The notes under the pieces were generated by a model. The model was not told the origin of the DNA. It made no database searches and was given only the letters and a program-made list of their open reading frames with translations. The position numbers were made by a program, and so were the translations under genes. From Escherichia coli (lineage in GTDB: Bacteria; Pseudomonadota; Gammaproteobacteria; Enterobacterales; Enterobacteriaceae): 64,000 nucleotides of DNA. Shown piece by piece: positions 24,310 through 36,066 of this stretch. The stretch lies in the NCBI RefSeq assembly GCF_016903815.1, contig NZ_CP069973.1; one strand, 5' to 3'. Position 1 is the first letter of the stretch. Every line of letters begins with the position of its first letter.

Positions 24310-24332
24310 TTATCCACTATTCCTGTGGATAA
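24310..24332. promoter_or_regulatory. pair of inverted DnaA boxes upstream of uvrB
   Basis: TTATCCACT and (reverse strand) TTATCCACA 9-mers separated by 5 bp. Confidence 0.55.
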
Positions 24333-24634
24333 CCATGTGTATTAGAGTTAGAAAACACGAGGCAAGCGAGAGAATACGCGGCTTGCACGCGAATTGGCGT
24401 TAAAGACGGCTCAAAGAAATATCTTTTATTTTTTAACTGGTTAGATAATTGCAATGGCAGTCACTGAAGAGGCATCTCTTGCCATAAAACTGTCATCACT
24501 CATCTTGACAAATGTTAAAAAAGCCGTTGCTTTGGGGATAACCCGGTAAGGCCGGAGTTTTATCTCGTCACAGAGTAAATTTTGCTCATGATTGACAGCG
24601 GAGTTTACGCTGTAACAGAAATATTATGGTGAGG

Positions 24635-24654
24635 AACTGTTTTTTTATCCAGTA
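24635..24654 (+). promoter_or_regulatory. LexA (SOS) box overlapping uvrB promoter
   Basis: AACTGTTTTTTTATCCAGTA (CTGT-N8-CCAG) immediately followed by TATAAT -10 hexamer. Confidence 0.7.
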
Positions 24655-24728
24655 TAATTTGTTGGCATAATTAAGTACGACGAGTAAAATTACATACCTG
24701 CCCGCCCAACTCCTTCAGGTAGCGACTC

Positions 24729-26750
24729 ATGAGTAAACCGTTCAAACTGAATTCCGCTTTTAAACCTTCTGGCGATCAGCCAGAGGCGATTCGACGTCTC
24801 GAAGAGGGGCTGGAAGATGGCCTGGCGCACCAGACGTTACTTGGCGTGACTGGCTCCGGGAAAACCTTCACCATTGCCAATGTCATTGCTGATCTTCAGC
24901 GCCCTACCATGGTACTTGCGCCCAACAAAACGCTGGCGGCCCAGTTGTATGGCGAAATGAAAGAGTTCTTCCCGGAAAACGCGGTGGAATATTTCGTCTC
25001 CTACTACGACTACTATCAGCCGGAAGCCTATGTACCGAGTTCCGACACCTTCATTGAGAAAGATGCCTCGGTTAACGAACATATTGAACAGATGCGTTTG
25101 TCCGCCACCAAAGCGATGCTGGAGCGGCGTGATGTGGTTGTGGTGGCGTCTGTTTCCGCGATTTATGGTCTGGGCGATCCTGATTTATATCTCAAGATGA
25201 TGCTCCATCTCACGGTCGGCATGATTATCGATCAGCGCGCGATCCTGCGCCGACTGGCGGAGCTGCAATACGCTCGTAATGATCAGGCATTCCAGCGTGG
25301 TACTTTCCGCGTTCGTGGTGAGGTGATTGATATCTTCCCGGCAGAATCGGATGACATTGCACTTCGCGTGGAGCTGTTTGACGAGGAAGTGGAACGATTG
25401 TCGTTATTTGACCCGCTCACCGGGCAGATTGTTTCCACTATTCCACGTTTTACCATCTACCCGAAAACGCACTACGTCACGCCGCGCGAGCGCATCGTAC
25501 AGGCGATGGAAGAGATCAAAGAAGAACTGGCCGCCAGACGCAAAGTGCTGTTGGAGAACAACAAGTTGCTTGAAGAGCAGCGGCTGACCCAGCGTACCCA
25601 GTTTGATCTGGAGATGATGAACGAGCTGGGCTACTGTTCCGGGATTGAGAACTACTCGCGCTTCCTCTCCGGTCGTGGACCGGGTGAGCCACCGCCGACG
25701 CTGTTTGATTACCTGCCTGCCGATGGGCTGCTGGTGGTCGATGAATCACACGTCACCATTCCGCAAATTGGCGGCATGTATCGCGGTGACCGGGCGCGTA
25801 AAGAGACGCTGGTGGAGTACGGCTTCCGCCTGCCATCAGCGCTGGATAACCGTCCGCTGAAATTTGAAGAGTTCGAAGCATTAGCGCCGCAAACCATCTA
25901 TGTTTCGGCGACGCCGGGTAATTACGAGCTGGAAAAATCCGGCGGCGATGTGGTGGATCAGGTGGTGCGTCCAACCGGATTGCTTGACCCGATAATTGAA
26001 GTGCGGCCGGTGGCGACACAGGTTGATGATCTTCTTTCGGAGATTCGTCAGCGAGCGGCAATTAACGAACGCGTACTGGTTACAACTCTGACCAAGCGAA
26101 TGGCGGAAGATCTCACGGAATATCTCGAAGAACACGGCGAGCGCGTGCGTTATCTTCACTCCGATATCGACACCGTCGAGCGTATGGAGATTATCCGCGA
26201 CTTGCGTCTGGGTGAGTTCGACGTGCTGGTAGGGATCAACTTACTGCGCGAAGGTCTGGATATGCCGGAAGTGTCGCTGGTGGCGATCCTCGACGCTGAC
26301 AAAGAAGGCTTCCTACGTTCCGAACGTTCGTTGATCCAGACTATTGGTCGTGCGGCGCGTAACGTTAACGGTAAAGCGATTCTCTACGGCGATAAGATCA
26401 CCCCGTCAATGGCGAAAGCGATTGGCGAAACCGAACGTCGTCGCGAGAAACAGCAGAAGTACAACGAGGAACACGGTATTACGCCGCAGGGCTTGAACAA
26501 GAAAGTGGTCGATATCCTGGCGCTGGGGCAGAACATTGCTAAAACCAAAGCGAAGGGCAGAGGAAAATCGCGACCGATTGTTGAGCCGGATAATGTGCCG
26601 ATGGATATGTCGCCGAAAGCGTTACAGCAGAAAATCCATGAACTGGAAGGGCTGATGATGCAACACGCGCAAAATCTGGAGTTCGAAGAAGCGGCGCAAA
26701 TTCGTGACCAGTTGCATCAGCTGCGTGAGTTGTTTATTGCCGCGTCGTGA
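24729..26750 (+). CDS. uvrB: excinuclease ABC subunit B
   Basis: 673 aa ORF with Walker A (GVTGSGKT). Confidence 0.98.
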
Positions 26751-26758
26751 CAAGATGA

Positions 26759-26785
26759 CGAAGCCGGAATATTCTTCCGGCTTCG
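26759..26785. terminator. bidirectional hairpin between uvrB and ybhK
   Basis: GAAGCCGGAA-TATTC-TTCCGGCTTC perfect stem. Confidence 0.6.
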
Positions 26786-26787
26786 TG

Positions 26788-27756
<969 letters not shown>

Positions 27757-27893
27757 TTAACCTGCCAATATTGAGGATACAAACTATTTTCTTCTACCTC
27801 TAAAGGACGATGCACGCTATGCCTCTCTGATGATGTATATCAAAGTAAAACCGCCATTTTCCCTTATTCTGTAGCGAAATAGCACGATCATGA

Positions 27894-27917
27894 CGCTATA
27901 TACATGATTACATAGCG
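27894..27917. promoter_or_regulatory. putative ModE site in moaA promoter
   Basis: CGCTATATACATGATTACATAGCG, inverted CGCTATATA/TA(C)ATAGCG half-sites. Confidence 0.5.
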
Positions 27918-27974
27918 AAAGTGTGGATGGTAAAAATCTCATTTACGCGCTAGTATCGGCTTAACCACTAAACA

Positions 27975-28092
27975 CTCTAGCCTCTGCACCTGGGTCAACT
28001 GATACGGTGCTTTGGCCGTGACAATGCTCGTAAAGATTGCCACCAGGGCGAAGGAAGAAATGACTTCGCCTCCCGTATCTGGAAAGGTGTAC
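27975..28092 (+). ncRNA. moaA 5' leader, putative Moco (molybdenum cofactor) riboswitch
   Basis: Long structured leader (CCUCUGCACCUGGGUCAACUGAUACGGUGC...GCCACCAGGGCGAAGG...) ending at the moaA RBS; placement and sequence fit the recalled Moco RNA motif; extent approximate. Confidence 0.55.
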
Positions 28093-29082
28093 ATGGCTTC
28101 ACAACTGACTGATGCATTTGCGCGTAAGTTTTACTACTTGCGCCTGTCGATTACTGATGTGTGTAACTTTCGTTGCACCTACTGCCTGCCGGATGGCTAC
28201 AAACCGAGCGGCGTCACCAATAAAGGCTTTCTTACCGTCGATGAAATTCGCCGGGTTACGCGCGCCTTTGCCAGTCTGGGCACCGAAAAAGTGCGCCTGA
28301 CAGGCGGTGAGCCGTCTTTACGCCGCGACTTTACCGATATCATCGCCGCTGTGCGGGAAAACGACGCTATCCGCCAGATTGCGGTCACCACCAATGGTTA
28401 CCGTCTGGAACGCGATGTGGCGAACTGGCGCGATGCGGGACTTACTGGCATCAACGTCAGCGTTGATAGCCTTGACGCTCGCCAGTTTCATGCCATTACC
28501 GGGCAGGATAAATTCAACCAGGTCATGGCAGGGATCGATGCTGCATTTGAGGCCGGTTTTGAGAAGGTCAAAGTCAATACCGTGCTGATGCGTGATGTTA
28601 ATCATCATCAGCTCGACACCTTTCTGAACTGGATCCAGCATCGCCCTATCCAGCTGCGTTTCATCGAATTGATGGAAACGGGCGAGGGCAGCGAGCTCTT
28701 CCGTAAGCATCACATCTCTGGTCAGGTTCTGCGTGACGAGCTACTGCGTCGCGGCTGGATCCACCAATTACGTCAACGCAGCGACGGTCCCGCGCAAGTC
28801 TTTTGTCATCCGGATTACGCCGGAGAGATTGGCCTTATCATGCCGTATGAAAAAGACTTCTGCGCCACTTGCAACCGCCTGCGCGTTTCCTCCATTGGTA
28901 AACTCCATCTCTGCCTGTTTGGTGAAGGCGGCGTTAACCTGCGCGATCTGCTGGAAGACGATACCCAGCAACAGGCGCTGGAAGCGCGTATTTCAGCGGC
29001 GCTGCGGGAGAAGAAACAGACCCATTTCCTGCACCAAAACAACACCGGTATTACGCAAAACTTATCGTACATTGGCGGCTAA
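28093..29082 (+). CDS. moaA: GTP 3',8-cyclase (radical SAM)
   Basis: ORF track 356 aa; ATG at 28093 ([31 protein letters not shown]) gives 329 aa with CxxxCxxC. Confidence 0.95.
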
Positions 29083-29103
29083 AACGTCAAAAGGAGAGAT
29101 CAG

Positions 29104-29616
29104 ATGAGTCAGGTAAGCACTGAATTTATCCCGACCCGTATTGCTATTCTTACGGTTTCTAATCGTCGTGGTGAAGAAGACGATACCTCCGGTCACTATC
29201 TGCGCGATTCGGCGCAGGAAGCGGGCCATCACGTTGTCGATAAAGCCATTGTGAAAGAAAACCGCTACGCTATTCGCGCTCAGGTATCTGCGTGGATCGC
29301 CAGCGACGATGTACAAGTGGTATTGATTACGGGGGGGACTGGCCTGACGGAAGGAGATCAGGCTCCCGAAGCGCTGCTGCCGTTGTTCGACCGTGAAGTT
29401 GAAGGTTTTGGTGAAGTGTTCCGGATGTTGTCGTTCGAAGAGATTGGCACTTCCACGTTGCAATCTCGTGCGGTAGCGGGCGTCGCTAACAAAACGCTGA
29501 TTTTCGCCATGCCGGGTTCGACCAAAGCGTGCCGTACCGCATGGGAAAATATCATTGCGCCGCAGCTCGATGCCCGTACGCGTCCGTGTAATTTCCATCC
29601 ACATTTGAAGAAATAA
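29104..29616 (+). CDS. moaB: molybdenum cofactor biosynthesis protein B
   Basis: 170 aa ORF. Confidence 0.97.
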
Positions 29617-29618
29617 GT

Positions 29619-30104
29619 ATGTCGCAACTGACCCATATCAACGCCGCTGGCGAAGCGCACATGGTGGATGTCTCCGCCAAAGCGGAAACCGTGCGTGAAG
29701 CGCGCGCCGAAGCCTTTGTCACCATGCGCAGCGAGACGCTGGCGATGATTATTGATGGTCGCCACCACAAAGGCGACGTATTTGCCACTGCGCGTATCGC
29801 CGGTATTCAGGCGGCAAAACGCACCTGGGATCTGATCCCGCTGTGTCACCCGCTGATGCTCAGCAAAGTTGAAGTCAATTTACAGGCCGAGCCGGAGCAC
29901 AATCGGGTACGTATAGAAACCTTATGCCGCCTGACCGGGAAAACCGGTGTCGAAATGGAAGCGTTAACCGCGGCCTCCGTGGCGGCGCTGACCATTTATG
30001 ACATGTGCAAAGCGGTGCAAAAAGATATGGTAATTGGTCCGGTACGTTTGCTGGCGAAGAGTGGCGGCAAGTCGGGTGACTTTAAGGTGGAAGCGGATGA
30101 TTAA
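29619..30104 (+). CDS. moaC: cyclic pyranopterin monophosphate synthase
   Basis: 161 aa ORF. Confidence 0.97.
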
Positions 30105-30342
30105 AGTTCTTTTTTTCGCCCAGGTGCGCGAGTTGGTGGGAACAGATGCAACCGAAGTGGCTGCAGATTTCCCAACCGTTGAAGCGTTACGCCAACATCT
30201 GGCTGCGCAGAGCGATCGCTGGGCGCTGGCGCTGGAAGATGGCAAATTGCTGGCTGCCGTCAACCAGACGCTGGTGAGTTTTGACCATCCGCTGACTGAC
30301 GGCGACGAAGTGGCTTTCTTCCCGCCGGTAACCGGAGGTTAA
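30097..30342 (+). CDS. moaD: molybdopterin synthase sulfur-carrier subunit
   Basis: Internal ATG of 102 aa ORF gives 81 aa [13 protein letters not shown]...FFPPVTGG (C-terminal GG). Confidence 0.93.
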
Positions 30343-30343
30343 G

Positions 30344-30796
30344 ATGGCAGAAACCAAAATTGTTGTCGGCCCGCAGCCATTCAGCGTAGGAGAAGAGTAT
30401 CCGTGGCTGGCGGAGCGTGATGAAGACGGTGCGGTAGTCACCTTTACCGGTAAGGTGCGCAACCATAACCTTGGCGACAGCGTCAAAGCATTAACCCTCG
30501 AACACTATCCGGGGATGACTGAAAAAGCACTGGCAGAAATTGTCGATGAAGCGCGTAACCGCTGGCCGCTGGGGCGCGTCACGGTGATTCACCGCATCGG
30601 GGAATTATGGCCGGGCGATGAAATCGTTTTTGTCGGTGTCACCAGTGCGCATCGCAGCAGTGCGTTTGAAGCCGGGCAGTTTATTATGGATTATCTCAAA
30701 ACCCGCGCACCGTTCTGGAAGCGCGAAGCCACGCCGGAAGGCGACCGCTGGGTCGAAGCCCGGGAGAGCGATCAGCAGGCGGCAAAACGCTGGTAG
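30344..30796 (+). CDS. moaE: molybdopterin synthase catalytic subunit
   Basis: 150 aa ORF. Confidence 0.97.
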   Translation: MAETKIVVGPQPFSVGEEYPWLAERDEDGAVVTFTGKVRNHNLGDSVKALTLEHYPGMTEKALAEIVDEARNRWPLGRVTVIHRIGELWPGDEIVFVGVTSAHRSSAFEAGQFIMDYLKTRAPFWKREATPEGDRWVEARESDQQAAKRW

Positions 30797-30932
30797 TTTT
30801 TTGTTAGCCGGATAAGGCACAGCTGCGTCCGGCAATTTCACCGCTCAGTACATGTGTTTACGCTGCGTCGATGCACAGCCTCATCATTTTGCAGTATCCT
30901 TAAGATATTCCTTATATCTTCAGGAGATCGTC

Positions 30933-31637
30933 ATGGACAGATTCCCACGTTCTGATTCAATTGTACAACTCCGGGCTGGCTTGCAAACTTATATGGCGCA
31001 AGTCTATGGCTGGATGACCGTTGGCTTGTTGCTGACCGCATTTGTTGCCTGGTATGCGGCTAATTCCGCGGCCGTGATGGAGCTGTTGTTCACTAACCGT
31101 GTCTTTTTAATCGGTCTGATCATCGCGCAATTAGCATTGGTTATTGTGTTATCAGCGATGATTCAAAAGCTGAGCGCAGGTGTAACGACGATGCTCTTTA
31201 TGCTTTATTCGGCGCTGACGGGTCTTACGCTTTCCAGTATTTTCATTGTCTATACCGCTGCTTCTATCGCCAGTACTTTCGTCGTTACTGCCGGGATGTT
31301 TGGCGCAATGAGCCTGTACGGTTACACCACGAAGCGCGATCTAAGCGGCTTTGGCAATATGCTGTTTATGGCGTTAATCGGCATTGTGCTGGCATCGCTG
31401 GTCAACTTCTGGCTGAAAAGCGAAGCATTGATGTGGGCAGTCACCTACATCAGCGTGATTGTCTTTGTCGGATTGACGGCGTATGACACTCAGAAATTGA
31501 AAAATATGGGTGAGCAGATTGATACCCGCGACACGTCGAACCTGCGCAAATATTCCATTCTTGGCGCGTTAACCTTGTATCTGGACTTCATCAACCTGTT
31601 CCTGATGTTGCTGCGGATCTTCGGCAACCGCCGTTAA
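30933..31637 (+). CDS. ybhL: BAX inhibitor-1 family inner-membrane protein
   Basis: ORF track 261 aa; ATG at 30933 (MDRFPRSDSIVQL, GGAG upstream) gives 234 aa, 7 predicted TM. Confidence 0.92.
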   Translation: MDRFPRSDSIVQLRAGLQTYMAQVYGWMTVGLLLTAFVAWYAANSAAVMELLFTNRVFLIGLIIAQLALVIVLSAMIQKLSAGVTTMLFMLYSALTGLTLSSIFIVYTAASIASTFVVTAGMFGAMSLYGYTTKRDLSGFGNMLFMALIGIVLASLVNFWLKSEALMWAVTYISVIVFVGLTAYDTQKLKNMGEQIDTRDTSNLRKYSILGALTLYLDFINLFLMLLRIFGNRR

Positions 31638-31655
31638 TTCTTTTTCACCATCAAT

Positions 31656-31683
31656 ATCCCGGCCATGTGTCGGGATTTTTTTG
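31656..31683 (+). terminator. putative intrinsic terminator after ybhL
   Basis: ATCCCG-N9-CGGGAT hairpin followed by T7. Confidence 0.55.
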
Positions 31684-32395
31684 TGCACAGAAAACCCCCA
31701 GCTAGGCTGGGGGTTCCGGAAAGCTTTCAGCTTTGAGCCAGTTATTAAAACCCCTTTTGATTTGTTAAAACACCTTGCGGTCTGGCAACTGCAAGTGTCA
31801 AACAAGAAATCAAAAGGGGGTCCCAATGGGGAACGAAAAGAGCTTAGCGCACACCCGATGGAACTGTAAATATCACATAGTTTTTGCGCCAAAATACCGA
31901 AGACAGGTGTTCTACAGAGAGAAGCGTAGAGCAATAGGCAGTATTTTGAGAAAGCTGTGTGAGTGGAAAAGCGTACGGATTCTGGAAGCTGAATGCTGTG
32001 CAGATCATATCCATATGCTTGTGGAGATCCCGCCCAAAATGAGCGTATCCGGGTTTATGGGATATCTGAAAGGGAAAAGCAGTCTGATGCTTTACGAGCA
32101 GTTTGGTGATTTGAAATTCAAATACAGGAACAGGGAGTTCTGGTGCAGAGGGTACTACGTCGATACAGTGGGTAAGAACACGGCGAAGATACAGGATTAC
32201 ATAAAGCACCAGCTTGAAGAGGATAAAATGGGAGAGCAGTTATCGATTCCCTATCCGGGCAGCCCGTTTACGGGCCGTAAGTAACGAAGTTGGATGCAAA
32301 TGTCAGATCGTGTGCGCCTGTTAGGGCGCGGCTGGTAAGAGAGCCTTATAGGCGCATTTGAAAAACCTCCGGCTATGCCGGAGGATATTTATTTC
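31684..32395 (+). mobile_element. IS200-family insertion sequence (IS200/IS605 family, about 0.7 kb)
   Basis: Contains Y1 transposase gene; left-end perfect palindrome AAACCCCCAGC-TAG-GCTGGGGGTT and a right-end subterminal hairpin CCTCCGGC-TAT-GCCGGAGG; ends approximate (about ±15 bp). Confidence 0.7.
31826..32284 (+). CDS. tnpA: IS200 TnpA (HUH/Y1 transposase, 152 aa)
   Basis: MGNEKSLAHTRWNCKYHIVFAPKYRR...HIHMLVEIPPK... closely matches recalled Salmonella IS200 TnpA; ORF track's upstream extension rejected. Confidence 0.92.
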   Translation: MGNEKSLAHTRWNCKYHIVFAPKYRRQVFYREKRRAIGSILRKLCEWKSVRILEAECCADHIHMLVEIPPKMSVSGFMGYLKGKSSLMLYEQFGDLKFKYRNREFWCRGYYVDTVGKNTAKIQDYIKHQLEEDKMGEQLSIPYPGSPFTGRK

Positions 32396-32553
32396 TTACT
32401 AAAAACGACACTTAACAAGTACCAGGTATAAAATATGCCTTATGGCCGAGCGGAAGTGTTTTCCGTATCCATAAATACAAAAGTATTTTGTATGCGTGGT
32501 TTTAAATTTATTGATGGTGAATATTAATATTTTTTCTAGGGACAACTAAAAGA

Positions 32554-32943
32554 ATGGAATCATACTCGCAAAACAGCAATAAATTAGATTTTCAGCACGA
32601 GGCCAGGATATTAAACGGTATATGGCTCATTACCGCTTTGGGTATGGTGGCAACCGCAGGGCTGGTCCTGGTGATCATCATGAATGCCGCATTAATGAGT
32701 GAACGACCCGTTTGGGTAATAAGTTGCTTAATGATAGTGTTATGGTCAGGCATTATCTCGCATGGACGAAATAAGCTCCTTGAACTGGCAGGAAAATGCC
32801 ATAGCGAAGAGTTGTGGAGTCCGGTTCGTTGCGCTTTTACAGGTGCATTAACACTCTATTACTATTTTATCGGCTTCTTTGGGATACTTGCCGCTATAGC
32901 TATAACGCTTGTCTGGCAAAGGCATACGCGTTTTTTTCATTAG
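32554..32943 (+). CDS. ybhM: YbhM-like membrane protein, apparently truncated (129 aa)
   Basis: N-terminus MESYSQNSNKLDFQHEARILNGIW, about 3 TM segments; much shorter than the ~237 aa I recall for K-12 ybhM. Confidence 0.65.
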   Translation: MESYSQNSNKLDFQHEARILNGIWLITALGMVATAGLVLVIIMNAALMSERPVWVISCLMIVLWSGIISHGRNKLLELAGKCHSEELWSPVRCAFTGALTLYYYFIGFFGILAAIAITLVWQRHTRFFH

Positions 32944-32978
32944 TCGTAAATGCACATACTAAAGAACTTAACTAAACT

Positions 32979-33935
32979 TCACATCGCCGCTTCATTTTTC
33001 GCTCGTAGCTTCTTCGCCTGGCTTTCCAGTAGCAGGTAACAGATCAGCGCCAGCAGCAGCGGGATAAAGTAATACAGGACGCGATAAGCGAGCAGGGCGG
33101 CGATAATGCTCCCTTTCGAGGTATGCTCCCCAGCCAGTAGCGCGATAAATACCGCTTCCAGCACACCAATCCCCGCCGGAATATGCACGATGACGCCAGC
33201 AATACTACTAACCAGTAACACGCCCAGTACAAAGAAATAGTTCACGCTTTGACCAAGTAACAGCCAGATAATCGCCCCCATTACCATCCAGTTAACGCTG
33301 GAAATCAGCATCTGGGCGAGGGCAAATTTCCATGAAGGCAGCACCAGCTTTTGTCCTTTGATGGTCATATGGCGGTGCTTCGCGAAAGCGCAAAACCACA
33401 AATAAACCGCGATAATCATCAATAAGCCAATGCCGAGAATACGCAGCGTGGTTTGATCGACATACCAGTGATCCGGCAACTCCACCACGCCTGCGGTAAA
33501 GATAATCCCTGCCAGTAAAATATAGCCCAGCCAGTTGGTGGTAATACTGAGCGAGAAAATCCGCGTAATAGTGCTGCCCGGTAACCCTAGCCGGGAGTAC
33601 AAACGATAGCGCATACCAATGCCGCCGACCCAGGTACTGAGCGTCAGGTTGAAGGCGTAGCAGATAAACGACACCAGCATCACCTGGCGCTTCGCCAGTT
33701 TGTGACCGCAGTAAAAGCGGGCGAGCAGATCATAGCAGCCGTAAATCAGATAACTGACGACCACCAGCCCGACCGCACTGAGCAACGCAACGCGATTGTA
33801 GTCGCGGATGACCTTCCAGACCTCTTCCCAGTCCACCTTTTTGGCGTAGACCACCAGCAACACTATCACCGCGATAAAAAACAGCCAGGTGAGGATCTTC
33901 TTTGCTAAGCGCCAGCGTGGGTGTGATTTACTCAT
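32979..33935 (-). CDS. ybhN: inner-membrane protein (UPF0104 / lysylphosphatidylglycerol synthase TM region-like)
   Basis: 318 aa polytopic ORF, first gene of ybhN-clsB-ybhP arrangement. Confidence 0.93.
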   Translation of the reverse strand: MSKSHPRWRLAKKILTWLFFIAVIVLLVVYAKKVDWEEVWKVIRDYNRVALLSAVGLVVVSYLIYGCYDLLARFYCGHKLAKRQVMLVSFICYAFNLTLSTWVGGIGMRYRLYSRLGLPGSTITRIFSLSITTNWLGYILLAGIIFTAGVVELPDHWYVDQTTLRILGIGLLMIIAVYLWFCAFAKHRHMTIKGQKLVLPSWKFALAQMLISSVNWMVMGAIIWLLLGQSVNYFFVLGVLLVSSIAGVIVHIPAGIGVLEAVFIALLAGEHTSKGSIIAALLAYRVLYYFIPLLLALICYLLLESQAKKLRAKNEAAM

Positions 33936-35176
33936 CAGGGTTTTACCCCCGTGTTTTCAGTTTCTACCCGATCCTGCGTTTCCATTGTCGGCTGAGCGGG
34001 CGGGTCAACCTGCGCCAGACGTGGTGTGTGTGCCGGAAGCCAGCCGACCAGCGCCGGGAAGTGGCGTAAAAAGTGGAAGGCCAGCACGCTTTTGGTCAGA
34101 TTCCACCAGGTGCGTTTCGGCAGCATGGTTTCATCCACCTGCTGGCAGTCTGCGGCGATAATGCCGTTCAGATTATCGCGCAGCGTCTGGTTAAAATGAC
34201 GATCGTGGATGATGACATTTGCTTCGAGATTCAGTGACAAACTGAGCGGATCGAGATTACTGGACCCTACCGTCGCCCAGTGATCGTCCATCAACGCCAC
34301 TTTGCCGTGGAGCGGGCGGCGGCGATACTCAAAAACCTGAACGCCGCCTTTAACCAGATAGTTATACAGCAAGCGCGCGCCGACTCTGACAATCGGCATA
34401 TCCGGTTCGCCCTGAATGATCAGTTTGATCCGCACCCCGCGCCGTGCCGCTTTACGCAAGGCGTGTAAAAATCGATAGCCGGGGAAGAAGTAGGCGTTGG
34501 CGATAATCACTTCCCGCCGTGCCTGAGTGAGCATTTTCAGATAGTGACGTTCAATATCATCGCGATGTTCTTCGTTATCGCGCCAGACCAGCAATACCTG
34601 CGCTTCTCCCGGCTGGCGGTTCTCTTCCGCTTTGTGATGACGTCGCCACCAGCGTCGTGCCGCGCTCTGTCCTGGCAGGTTTTCCAGTTCAAATTGCAGA
34701 ATATCTTCGACAATCGGCCCTTCAAGGCGCACCGCGTAATCCTGTTTAGCCTCTGGACCGTAGCTGGACATATGCTCGGCGGAGTAATTCAGCCCGCCAA
34801 TAAAGGCGATATGCGCGTCGATCACCACAATTTTGCGATGCATCCGGCGAAACACATTGGTGCGCATACCAAAAAGGCGAGGGCGGGGATCGTAGTAGCG
34901 GAACACCACGCCAGCGGCCGTCAGTTCATTGACAAACTCATCGCTGAGATCCGGCGAACCGTAGCCATCAAGTAAGACTTCCGCTTTTACCCCGCGTTGC
35001 GCTGCTGCCAGTAGTGCCGCATGCAGTTGTTTGCCGACGTCATCCTCAAACCAGATAAACGTTTCAAGAATGATGCGTTCTTGTGCCTCGCCAATCGCCT
35101 TAAACACCGCGGGATAATATTGCTCGCCGTTTTCCAGCAACTGGATCTTATTGCCTTCGCGCCAGCTACATTTCAT
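33935..35176 (-). CDS. clsB: cardiolipin synthase B (PLD superfamily, two HKD motifs)
   Basis: 413 aa ORF with HRKIVVID and [11 protein letters not shown] motifs. Confidence 0.95.
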
Positions 35177-35934
35177 AAATGAATCTCCGCACTTAAAGGG
35201 GCATGATCAGAAAGGTGTCGCCATGTCCGCAGCGGCAACGCGGTTGGCGCGCTGGCGCTGGCATTTTTGACGTAGATCCTGTCCAGTCGTAGTAGAGGAA
35301 ATTGCACCGGAAACGTGCGCGCCGGGCGTCCGTGGGCGCGGGTAAAAATCTCATCCAGTCCGGCCTGCACTTTTAACGGATGATTAGCTTTTTGCCGCCA
35401 GTCATTGAAATCACCCGCCACCAATACCGGTTCGCCGTCCGGTAGCTCATTCACCCATTCGGCGAGCATCGCAAGCTGCGCCTGACGGTGCGCCTCACGC
35501 AGGCCCAAATGTACGCACATTACATGAATCGCTTTTCCGGTCATCGGCGGCACAATGCGGCAGTAGAGCACGCCGCGCTTTTCCGCACCATCGACCGAAA
35601 CATCGCGGTTTTCATAATGTTCAATGGGATAGCGCGACAGTACGGCGTTACCGTGATGCCCTTCCGGGTATACGGCATTGCGACCGTAGGCAAAATCGCT
35701 CCACATAGTGTCGGCGAGAAACTCGTAGTGCGAGGTATCGGGCCAGTTTTCCACATGCAGCGGATGAACTTCGTGCGCGCCCATCACTTCCTGCAGGCAA
35801 ACAATATCGGCGCTGACGGTACGCACGGCGTCGCGAAGTTCCGGCAAAATGAAGCGTCGGTTAAACGCGGTAAAGCCTTTGTGAATGTTGATGGTGAGCA
35901 CCTTGAACGAAAATTGTTGTGTTTGATCGGGCAT
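35173..35934 (-). CDS. ybhP: endonuclease/exonuclease/phosphatase-family protein
   Basis: 253 aa ORF, start overlaps clsB. Confidence 0.93.
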
Positions 35935-36066
35935 AATTTTCCTGTCTTTGCCTCTTATCTCATTGAAATAGTGTAGTCGGCGTCACAAAAAGGTGCGGTC
36001 TTACGGAATTTTCCGTAAAGTTCGGTACTCTGAGTAAGTAGAGATAAATTCTTCAGGAGAGAAGCC

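Noticed and set aside
31775-31825. Upstream extension of IS200 tnpA (ORF track start 31775)
   Set aside because: IS200 TnpA is about 152 aa starting MGNEKSL; the extension would run through the 5' hairpin known to occlude the RBS.
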